Shown piece by piece: positions 1 through 10,100 of a stretch of DNA of 54,403 bases. Source of the DNA: a virus (taxonomy: Duplodnaviria; Caudoviricetes); IMG/VR virus record IMGVR_UViG_3300013122_000005, positions 1 to 54,403 of that record; one strand, written 5' to 3'. The stretch's first letter is position 1; each line of letters opens with the position of its first letter. A program made the translations under genes and the position numbers. Under the pieces are notes generated by a model. It did no database searches. It saw nothing but the letters and a program-made list of their open reading frames with translations, and was not told where the DNA came from.

Positions 1-18
1 AAGCAATTAAAATATATT

Positions 19-624
19 ATGTCCCATTTTGACCTAAAAAACAATTACCATCCAGAGCACCCAAAGAAGCAGTATAAACATATACTTTTTCATAAAAAAG
101 AAAATTATATCTCCGATAAAAAACTTAATAAGCTAATATCATTAAAGATGAGAAAATGTATTGAAGAAAATTGTAATGAACCTGTATTTGGTACAGACAA
201 AATAACAAGAAAAGGATATTGTAAAAGACATCAGTATAAACGTACTGATCAGAAAAACACTCTTAAATCATCATATGAACCCACAGGAGAAGGATTATTA
301 TTTCAAGGATTGTTTCGTACGAGAAGACATATATCGTGGCTTACAGGTCTTAAAATTGATAATATCTCCCATATGAATTGTGCTCATGTAGTAAATAAAG
401 GAAACGCTACCTATTCTAAACTATGTAGATTGGACATTGATAATATTATCTTCCTTACTTTTGAGGAACATAGTCTACTTGATAGAGGTACTAAAGACCA
501 AAGAAATACTTATCAAGAAAGATGTAGAAAGAGTAATATTCCTTGTAATTGGAATAGAATAGAAGAACTAAGAGCAGAACTTATTAATAAATATAAAATG
601 TTATTAGAAGATGAAAATAAATAA
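19..624 (+). CDS. HNH-like (His-Me finger) endonuclease with N-terminal Zn-binding motif, NinG/Ref-like
   Basis: CIEENC...GYCKRH Cys/His cluster, then SWLTG...CAHVVNKG...DNIIFLTFEEHSLLD (H...N...H pattern). Alternative start ATG at 148. Confidence 0.6.
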   Translation: MSHFDLKNNYHPEHPKKQYKHILFHKKENYISDKKLNKLISLKMRKCIEENCNEPVFGTDKITRKGYCKRHQYKRTDQKNTLKSSYEPTGEGLLFQGLFRTRRHISWLTGLKIDNISHMNCAHVVNKGNATYSKLCRLDIDNIIFLTFEEHSLLDRGTKDQRNTYQERCRKSNIPCNWNRIEELRAELINKYKMLLEDENK

Positions 625-798
625 TACTGTAATCTACTTTAAAGAGAAGTACATGAAATAAGTCATATTCTCTTTCATCTTGCTAAAATATGTAATCTTG
701 AAATAGGAGAGAATTCCCAGGAATGGGTTAGTTACTTCTTAGAATACTTATTTAATAAAATTAATGATTTAAAAACCTATAAAACAATAAAAGTATGA
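611..798 (+). pseudogene. Frameshifted or truncated small zincin-like (HExxH) phage gene, not in the ORF track
   Basis: ATG at 611 gives MKINNTVIYFKEKYMK*. The -1 frame (643-798) reads REVHEISHILFHLAKICNLEIGENSQEWVSYFLEYLFNKI...KV* with no in-frame ATG. Its TGA (796-798) overlaps the next ATG (ATGA). Confidence 0.65.
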
Positions 799-1211
799 AA
801 AATTTAATAATTATTTTAATCTTATTACCTCTAATGGCAATAGCTCAACATGTTCATTTACAAAAAACTATTAAAGAAATAAAATTAGAATATCCTAATA
901 ATTATTTTAAATTATCTTCTTTTAATACTGATGAGGGAGATATTGTTTTTGAATACACTACATTTATTTATCCATACGGAGAATATAGTTATTATTTTAA
1001 AGAAAATAATGATAAATGTGATATGGTTATATTAACACCTTCTAATATAGATATAAAAAATAAATTAATAAAATTCTATAATGATAAATACAATATTATC
1101 TCTAACACTCCGTTTGATAAATCTTGGATTATAACAGTAGATAATAGTTCAATATATATCTATTTAAATTATAGTAAAGAAACAAATATTTATTACTTTG
1201 GATATATGTAA
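795..1211 (+). CDS. Exported/periplasmic protein with Sec signal peptide, function unknown
   Basis: MKNLIIILILLPLMAIA|Q: basic N-terminus, hydrophobic core, AxA site followed by Gln, as is typical of Bacteroidota. Confidence 0.7.
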   Translation: MKNLIIILILLPLMAIAQHVHLQKTIKEIKLEYPNNYFKLSSFNTDEGDIVFEYTTFIYPYGEYSYYFKENNDKCDMVILTPSNIDIKNKLIKFYNDKYNIISNTPFDKSWIITVDNSSIYIYLNYSKETNIYYFGYM

Positions 1212-1217
1212 ATATAA

Positions 1218-2594
1218 CTATGCTGGAAGTATGTGTCTATAAAATACTCTAAAGTGCATCTCTCCTGTTCCTGCTGCCATATCTGATGTTGTAGTCCTTA
1301 CTTGTAATCCATTATTAAGTATTTTAGTTAAATAAGTTGCTCTATTCCCTTCCATATGCATATCTGCTGCTGCTTCTGCAAACGTATGAGGAAAGGTTGC
1401 AGCAATCGTACCATTTGTATATTGTATTTCAACAAGATCTGCTCCTGCAAGTGTAAATGTTACTCCTCCATATTTCATATATCCCAATACTGTTACTATA
1501 TCAATATAATATCCAGCCGGTGGTGCTGCAAGTAATGGAAAATATGTTCCTGGAGGCACACCTGTATTAGAAGCAAGGCACCATGCATTATCCATTGTAA
1601 CCCATCCTGTATCCTGTATTGCACTTATATACGTTGTAACAAGATTATCTACATACTGTTTACTTGTAGCATGTGTAGTTAATACAGGTACAAGTGGTAC
1701 TATAACATTATTAGTAAATGTCCAATTTCCTGCTATAGTTTCATTATGTGCTAAATGTGCCGCTAATAAATCTGCTGTATCAACATATAGTTTATTTGTT
1801 AATTCAGTTACACCTGCTGGTATATTTGCGCATACTGGAGTTGTAGTAAAGTTTTTTATTCCTGCTATATTCTGGTCACCGGTAGTCATTACATAAGTTG
1901 TTGGATTATTTAATGATAATCCTCCTCCTCCTATTACAAGACTTGTTCCATCAAGAACTACATCTGCTTGTAAACCTCCTACTCCATGTGTCCATGATAT
2001 AGAATTTGAAACTAATGTATTTACATTGATTTCATTAAGTCCTGTAAGTTTTAATGAAGGTGTTGCTCCAAATAGATTACCAATAAAATCATAAGTACTT
2101 GTTGGATCTGCTAATTTAATCTTTCCTAAATGAGTAGGATTTATATTAAAATTGTAATTACCCGAATTAACTACTGTTTCTGCAATAGTAATATAAGTAT
2201 CAGTATTATATGGTATTGATATATTCTCCAAAAGAAAATCCATCCTCTGTTCTCCTCCTCCTAATGTTTCCATAGTAGGTGTCATCTTTAATCCTCTACC
2301 TGTTAATGCCACTCCAGCCACTATTCCTTGTTCGGTAGAAACTCCTCCAACCATAAGTCTTATTAAAGGTAATTGAAACGATTGTAAAGTTCTTACATGA
2401 CCATCCGTATGAGGTAATGACCTTTCAAATGCTCTTGTATCCGTTTCCTTTTTAACATGTCCTGCAGTAGAACTTGCTGTATCAAGAACATCATATCTGA
2501 ATAATAAATTATACATGAATGTACTCCAATCAGGAGGTGGTGTTGTGCCACATGCTACCATCCATTGTGCTCTAGTCATTTGTATTGCTGCCAT
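1218..2594 (-). CDS. Putative tail/head fibre protein
   Basis: Two fibre-type repeats (GDQNIAGIKNFT...TNKLYVD; NETIAGNWTFT...TSKQYVD), Gly/Thr-rich, with a beta-rich C-terminal knob. Last gene of the virion block. Confidence 0.65.
   Translation of the reverse strand: MAAIQMTRAQWMVACGTTPPPDWSTFMYNLLFRYDVLDTASSTAGHVKKETDTRAFERSLPHTDGHVRTLQSFQLPLIRLMVGGVSTEQGIVAGVALTGRGLKMTPTMETLGGGEQRMDFLLENISIPYNTDTYITIAETVVNSGNYNFNINPTHLGKIKLADPTSTYDFIGNLFGATPSLKLTGLNEINVNTLVSNSISWTHGVGGLQADVVLDGTSLVIGGGGLSLNNPTTYVMTTGDQNIAGIKNFTTTPVCANIPAGVTELTNKLYVDTADLLAAHLAHNETIAGNWTFTNNVIVPLVPVLTTHATSKQYVDNLVTTYISAIQDTGWVTMDNAWCLASNTGVPPGTYFPLLAAPPAGYYIDIVTVLGYMKYGGVTFTLAGADLVEIQYTNGTIAATFPHTFAEAAADMHMEGNRATYLTKILNNGLQVRTTTSDMAAGTGEMHFRVFYRHILPA
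1645..1895 (-). repeat. Two ~40-aa fibre-shaft repeats inside the 458-aa protein
   Basis: YVMTTGDQNIAGIKNFTTTPVCANIPAGVTELTNKLYVD versus AHLAHNETIAGNWTFTNNVIVPLVPVLTTHATSKQYVD. Coordinates approximate. Confidence 0.7.
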
Positions 2595-2616
2595 AAATAT
2601 TGATTTTTAAAGATTA

Positions 2617-3039
2617 TTAATTACAAGTAAAATAATTTAACATTTCTGATATATCTCCACACCAGGATAAACTAGCATTTAATATAGTGTCTATTGAATC
2701 TATTGCTACTTCTACTGAACATCCTGTACATTGTATAGCTTTTCTTATACAATCTATCTTATATAATTCATCATAATAAGATTGTGTTCTTATAATTCCA
2801 TTAGCAATATCCATCTGAATATCTTCCGCGATAAACATTAAATAAAATGCTAAATAGTGTATATTATTCATTTTATCATATTCTTTTTGGACCTCTATAT
2901 GACCCATAACTTCTTTAGAATATGCTGACTTAGAAAATTTGTCCATGCATTTAGCTAATTGAAGATAATAATTAGCCATCATCTGTTGTTGTGAACTAGG
3001 AAATGCAGGAGATATCTGAGGGTTGACTATCTGTATCAT
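2617..3039 (-). CDS. Small helical virion protein, possibly tail hub B-like
   Basis: 140 aa with Cys motif CIRKAIQCTGC, 3 nt downstream of the 375-aa gene and upstream of the fibre. Hub assignment is by size and position only. Confidence 0.4.
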   Translation of the reverse strand: MIQIVNPQISPAFPSSQQQMMANYYLQLAKCMDKFSKSAYSKEVMGHIEVQKEYDKMNNIHYLAFYLMFIAEDIQMDIANGIIRTQSYYDELYKIDCIRKAIQCTGCSVEVAIDSIDTILNASLSWCGDISEMLNYFTCN

Positions 3040-3042
3040 ATT

Positions 3043-4170
3043 TTAATTACAATTTGAACATGGTGAATCAATACTACCTTCTGTTGAAACAGGGTTACAT
3101 ATACCACATGACTGTGATATTTCTTTTGCCTTTGTTATCATATCTGATACTCTATGAACATAACTATCCTGTAAATCATCCGTTCCAAATATTCCTAAAT
3201 AATATACTTGTTCTACATTAATATATGCCATAATAGACATTACAAATCCTGACATCATATTAAGTGTTTCTCTATATCTTTTTTGTGTTTCTATAAGTGC
3301 AGGATCACATGTATTACAACATGGATTATATGCTCCACACATCACATCCTGGAATAATCGTTGATAACATGCCCATAAAGAGCACCATTCATATATCCTA
3401 AATGTTCCTACATTTATTTCTTCTGTACCGGTATCTGCACTTACTGATATATTATATACACCATCTCCCCATTGTGATATATCTATATCTACTGTTGTAC
3501 TTATTGCAGGATCTAAAGTATATGTTGCAAGTACTGTTGAACTACCATAAGCAGTTAAAGTAATAGTCTGAACATATCCTAACCCTGATAAATCTTCCAT
3601 ACGATAATTATAACAACTTATTTTTGTTAAAGTAGGAGTATAATTATTACCACAATTAATATCGAATGTCGTTTGTACATATCCATTCTTACCCATGGCA
3701 ATTAATGGAGAACAAAAATTATAAAACCATGTATATGCTTGTGTTAAATCTGCAGGTGTTCCTATTGTTATAATATCCCATACAGGATCAACACCTGGAA
3801 CAGCATCATGATTTGCTAATCCATTTGAATGCCAAAATTGACCATTATAAGTACAAACCCAATCTACAGGATACCATCCTCCAGGTGCAGGATTAGTCCA
3901 TATACTAACTACAAATACCTGTATAGTTACTGTTTCATTTCCAATAGGTGGTATAGTCCAGGTACATGGAACTCCATAATAATTCATATTACTTAATGAA
4001 GCTCCTGTATATGGTGCTCCTGCAAATGCAGCAATATCATAAAACATAACAACTCCATATTCTGTTATAGGTAATCCATCATAAGGATATGGTGTTATAT
4101 CACTTACTGCAATAGTACATGGTTCCGGCCCATTCTGTGCTGTTATAAAAAAATCAGTTAATAATGCCAT
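3043..4170 (-). CDS. Virion protein, possibly tail hub A-like, with a CBM5/12-like insert and Cys-rich helical C-terminus
   Basis: Beta-rich N-terminus; WYPVDWVCTYNGQFW...PGVDPVW motif; C-terminal CYQRL...CGAYNPCCNTC...CGIC...CSNC. Confidence 0.45.
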   Translation of the reverse strand: MALLTDFFITAQNGPEPCTIAVSDITPYPYDGLPITEYGVVMFYDIAAFAGAPYTGASLSNMNYYGVPCTWTIPPIGNETVTIQVFVVSIWTNPAPGGWYPVDWVCTYNGQFWHSNGLANHDAVPGVDPVWDIITIGTPADLTQAYTWFYNFCSPLIAMGKNGYVQTTFDINCGNNYTPTLTKISCYNYRMEDLSGLGYVQTITLTAYGSSTVLATYTLDPAISTTVDIDISQWGDGVYNISVSADTGTEEINVGTFRIYEWCSLWACYQRLFQDVMCGAYNPCCNTCDPALIETQKRYRETLNMMSGFVMSIMAYINVEQVYYLGIFGTDDLQDSYVHRVSDMITKAKEISQSCGICNPVSTEGSIDSPCSNCN

Positions 4171-4187
4171 AATATTAAAATATTAAA

Positions 4188-7100
4188 TTAATTTTTATTG
4201 GTTTCTTTTATTTCAGGATATATTGGTTCTACAACATCTTTTATTTGGCTTGGTACAAACATCCTTTCATCTATATCTCCTTCTTTAATCTTATTCCACA
4301 TCGAAGAACTAAATACATTTGCTCCCCAACGATCTATAATACTTATTGTAGAAAATGGATTTTTAGCAATCTCTAATAGTTGAGGTAAAACCAATATAGA
4401 ATCTGCTGCATATATCCAATTTCGCACTAATCTATTTTCTGGTATTGGTTTATCATCATCATCAGGATTACGTTTAAGATTTACTAATATATTATAAACA
4501 ATATACATTGCTATCATAGCTGCTACTCGCATACCTAATTTTCTATAATTTGCTCTCTCAAATGGTTCCATCTTACTCCATTGTTTAAGACTTTTAGTTT
4601 TATACATCTCTTGTATATGTCTTAAGAATGTTATATTATATCCTTCTACTATCATTTTTTCTATTCTTGATTGATATGATCCATCCTTTTGTTTAATTAC
4701 TCTTAATTTTCCACCTCTTTTAGTATATCCCTTTGATTGAAATGCATCTTGATATGCCGTAAAGATATAATTTTTCATTTTAGTAAATAGATTTCCTATA
4801 AAAAGATTTCCTAAATTTACTCTATCCGGATTACTATATCCTCCTATAATCATTGTTCCAAAATATTTTAATTTTTGAACTTCATCATAGATATAGGGTA
4901 TATCTATTCCTTTATTATTTTCATCTGAACTACCTTTCTTAATTAATTCATTCCTATATGCATCAAATAATGCTTTTTTATCAGGACTCTTATTCATCCC
5001 AATCCATCTCTTATCTTTAAGCCAATTATATTTAACAGTACCATCTTTAGAATTATATGTAAAGGCATCAAATACTCCATCATGCATCATCTGTGCTACC
5101 ATAATAGAACATTTTGTCCCAAAATCTGTCCAGAAGTTACCAGCTTGTGTTATAGTCTGATCAAACAATTCCTTTCCTGTCTTTTTATATATCTGATATG
5201 TCATTAATTCATATTCATCCATCATTCCTGTTGCACGATACAACTCTATCGCAAATGATTTATGTGCTACTATCCATGATTGTGCTTTTAGATAATCTTT
5301 ATCATTCCATAATTCTTTATCTTCTCTATTTGCAAATCCTTGTGATATTGCCTTTAAAGTATTTATTAATCCTGACTGAATACCTACATTTTGATTAACT
5401 GTTAATACTATATTAGATACTGTATTTGCTAAAGTAATAATAGCCGGAGCAATATTTTTCCCCGCTACTTTTATAGATTGTTTATTAACAATATTACTTA
5501 CTGCTCTCTGCGACCAACTTCTGATAAATTCTATAAGATCATTAGTATTTTCATCTTTATTATCTTTTGCTATCTGTAATTGTGATAATAATGCATTTTG
5601 ATAAGGTAAAACTTCTATATCTAATATCCTTTTACGTTCACTAGACATCCAAAAATACTTCATTAATAATTCAATATTCTGTGATAAATTTTCATTCTTT
5701 TTGGAATCAATTAAAGTATATCCTCCTTTCCCATTATTTGCATATGCATCAAACTTTAATCCTAAATGAAATAATCGAATATTTTCATTCTTATTACATA
5801 ATTGATTATAATATTTAGCAAACAATTCATTTGTCTGTTGATTTTCACTAATAAGATCCTCTGTAAATATAGTATTTATATTTCCTGCCTTATATAAATT
5901 ATTCTTTGCTGCATTAAATACATTCTTAAGTCCACCTTTATTTAGTAATTCTAATGACGTTATATTCATTATTGGAAGCATACCTTCTTCATAATGATAT
6001 TCATTAAATAACATTTCTTTAATTTCATCTTTTGTATATGGATTTTCTGTTTGAGGATTATAATTTCTATTTTCTATTGTTATTTGATGTTCAAGCATAG
6101 TAACCATTTGTTCTGTTATTTGATCTACTATCCATCTACCTTCATCCAATATTTCTTTTGATAATCTTTGTCTTTGATCTTTATAATACTTTTTAGTACC
6201 ATTTTCATCTATATAATATCCTTCATCCCCTGTAAAATGAATACGCGATAATTTAGCTTTATAAACCTTTCCACCATTTTTAATCTCTCTATAACACATC
6301 ATCCGTTCATAATTTTCTTTCTGTCCTAGAGTACTATTTGTGGCCATACCTAACTTTTTCAAATTAGTCCAATGAGGTTCCGCTAACTTCATCTTCTTGT
6401 TAACAGATACTACAGATTTATATAATCCATTACCAGCAATATAGGCATAATCTTGTATTATATCATCATTAATATTAACAATAGAAGTAGCAAATTTCTT
6501 AATGAGATCAAACGAACTTTTTATATTCCATTGAAAAGCTAATGGATTAACTATCATTAAAGCATTTATACTATCTTTTAATATTGATTGAATATATTGT
6601 TCTTCAGTAGATAGATAATTCTTACTTTCTAATCTTTTTAATGCTAAAGAATAAAGCTTCATTAATACATCAGGTGACTCTGATTGATTATCTGCTATGT
6701 TCTTTATCTCAAAGAAAGGATCTGTTCCATCTTTATAATAATCATAATCATTAGCAATAGAATCTATAACTTTATTAAAGTCAATATAAATATTATTAGC
6801 CCATGAATTATTTCCTATATCTTCTGTAAAGTATTTCTTTATAGTATCAGGTAGGTCTGCTGTAAATTCTTCTACCTTAGCCATACCTTTTAAATTCATT
6901 AAAACACTTTTAATATCATGGAATGTACATAATGTTTCTGTAGGCATTATTCCTATAGATGCTATATTTCTAACTTTTATACCTGTCTTATTTATAATAT
7001 CGGCAGCCATCAATCCCATTATTACAGAACTAATATCTCCATGGGTATTATTCATTGACATTCCTAATTGTTTTGCTTTCTTTTCACTATCTATTCCATA

Positions 7101-10100
7101 AACCTTTAATATACTTTCTATCTTCACACTCTCATTAGTATATTTAGGTGATGAATTTCTTATATCATAAAGTGATATAATTGTTTGTGATCTATCTTTT
7201 GATACATTCTCTAACATTACCATTATATCCGAATCATCAAAATAGGTATCTAATGACTTTAATGATGGTATCTTTTCTTTTGCTTCCTTAAGTGTCATTA
7301 ATTGCATCCCCTTATAATAATCAACTGCCTTTAAAAATTTTATTATTGCTGCAGGTTTATATATATTTACTTTTTCTCCATTTACCATATTAGTACCTAA
7401 AGATTCTATACTATCTACTGATCCTTTTTCTATATTAATAAAATTAGCAAAATTACTTTGATGTTCTTCAATTATAGTTTCTTTATTTTTATCTAAAATA
7501 CCATTATCTGATATATAACTTCTTATATAGTTCTCACTTGTATTTTCTATTCTTTCTGACCTTCCAACCCATTTCATAGGTAAATGACCATACATCTTTA
7601 CATAAGTAACAATCATATTTATTTTAACTTCTTTTTCTGCATTATCAAATTTAAAATTATTAACTGTCATTGATAATTTAGATCTTAAAGTTCCAGCTGT
7701 TTTATTTACTGATGCATTCTGTGATAAGACTTTTATCCTATTAATCTTCATTAACCGATTGATCGTAGATGAACTTACTTCAGATACTATCTTTCTATTT
7801 TGTATAGCATTATATAATTGTTCTCCTATATCAAAGACAGATCCTTTAGTAAAATCAATATTTATTTCTGTCCCATATATTCCTTTAAATACACTCTTTA
7901 TAAAATCCCAAAATTTAGTTAATACATTTTTTATACTACCATAGATTCCTTTAGTCCTTTGTTCTACGTTATTTACTTTTATCTTATGTAATCCTAACAT
8001 TACCTTTTCTTCAGAACTCCATCCCATTAATGTAGCTGCTACTTCTTCTAAAAATTCTTCTCCATTCATATTAGGATTAATCTCTCGTATCCTTTCTATT
8101 ATATCTGGATTAGAATCCATAAATTCTTTAGTACTATTTATTATATCTCTATAAAGTTCTATATTTGAATCTTTGATAGCAAGTAAAAATATATGACTTA
8201 TTTCATGTAAAGGAGTATCTTTTTGTACTCGATCCATGTTAATATATATTACTCCTTCTTTTATAAATGCTATCTTACCAGGATACATATTGTCAGGATC
8301 AGAAGTAAAAGTTTCTTTAATCTGTATATTAGGAAATGCAGTACGAATATTATCAATGAATGTATTTAGTGTTTCTTTAGATAGGAACTTCTTCGTATTT
8401 TCAATATTAGAATTTCTTGTAGTAGTATTTTCATCTTTCTTTTTCTGTTCTTCTTTCTGATTATTATTCTTATTTACAAACTCTTTAAATCCTTCTATAT
8501 CTTGTTTACCTAAATCTTGTCTTGTTAAAAAAGCATCTGTAAGTATTTGAGTAAGCTCTTCTTTTTGTAATTTAGATAGAGAATTAAATTTATTCATTAT
8601 CCATTTAACAAAATTATTCCACCAATTATAAGCTTCTCCTTTTTGTTTAACTACTTGTTCTCCAATACTTTGAACTAAAGCTTCTTCACTACCCCACTTT
8701 TTAATGGCTTCTTGTACAATAGGGCTATTTCTATACCATGCTATATAATGATGTGCATATTCATGTGGTAATGTATCTTGTTTTTGATTAACAGCGTCTA
8801 TTAAGACAGATAGTGCTTTAATATTAGCTTGACCTATAATTTTATTAGCTTCATTACGTTGTAATAAAACTTCTGCTAAATCTCTTGCTTGATTAATAGT
8901 TATTTCTCTCCAAGTATTACCATATTCATCAGTAATTAATTTAATATTTTCTTTACCATAGATTTTTTCAAGTATATTTCTAACTCTTATCTCATAAAAC
9001 CCTTCAATAGGTTTAAGTTTTTCTATACCTTGTGATTTAAGTTCTTGTTTCTCTTTTTCAAGTTGCTCTATTCTTCTATTTAAATCTTTTATCTTAGCGG
9101 TATATTCTTTTTTAATATGATTTTTAACAATTAAAGCAAATTCTTCTTTGCTGCCTGATTTCCAATCTTTATCTTTAAGTGTAGATATGTTATATTCTTC
9201 TTTACCTTCTGAAGTGATAGTTAATTTAGCATCATTACCAATACCAGTATAAACAGTGTTAATAGACACAAAATATTTATTTTTACCATTTATGAAGTTT
9301 TCAGTATTTATATCTAAAGAATCTAAAACATCTTGTTGTACTTCTTTATTTATTTTTAATTGATTAATAACTCTATTTTTTGTATTAATTTCATCAGCTA
9401 TAGTCTGATGTCCTTCTACTTTAGCAGCAGTTTCACCACTTGGAAATAATACTTTCTCATATCCTTTTTTAGCACTATCTTGTATAATAGACTTAATAAA
9501 GAATGTTACCCAGTTATTGTCTTTGTTTAGAAGTTGTAGAAATTGATTTCCCTTACTATCAAATTGTTTTTTACCTGTAGTACCCAGTAAGTCATCTAAA
9601 TTATCACCAATTCTCTCATCTTCTCCAGTTAATTTTTTATGTTCTCTACCTTTCTGAAATAAATCAGATTGTATTTCTAGTATTCTGCGAGTTTTAGCTT
9701 CAGGTTTATTTTGTATTCTTTCATTACCTAAAGACATATTATATCTCCAGATAACAGTTTCAATATCCTCTATAAATTTACTTTTGGTTTGCCATTCACC
9801 ATCTTGTTTAAAATATCTTTCTCCACTATAAGTAAATTCATTAGGTAATTCAGATTCACTTTTAATCCAATTACCTTTTAATTCGTCAACAGTTTTATCA
9901 TCTGAACGAAACCAACCTATACCTTTATCAGTAGCAAATTGAGCATGACCTTTAATAGAAGGAGTTATAGCTGGTGTAGCTATTTCATTTTCTGTATAGT
10001 TAGTACCACCTGGTACTGTTAGATTAGAATAGTGTCGAGTTGGTTTAGATTCATTAGTTAATTCATTATATCTCTTTAATGCTTTTTGATATTCATTATA

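Noticed and set aside
638-644. TTTAAAG as a programmed -1 frameshift site
   Set aside because: In the frame opened by ATG 611 it reads TTT AAA G rather than T TTA AAG, and a -1 slip there meets TAA.
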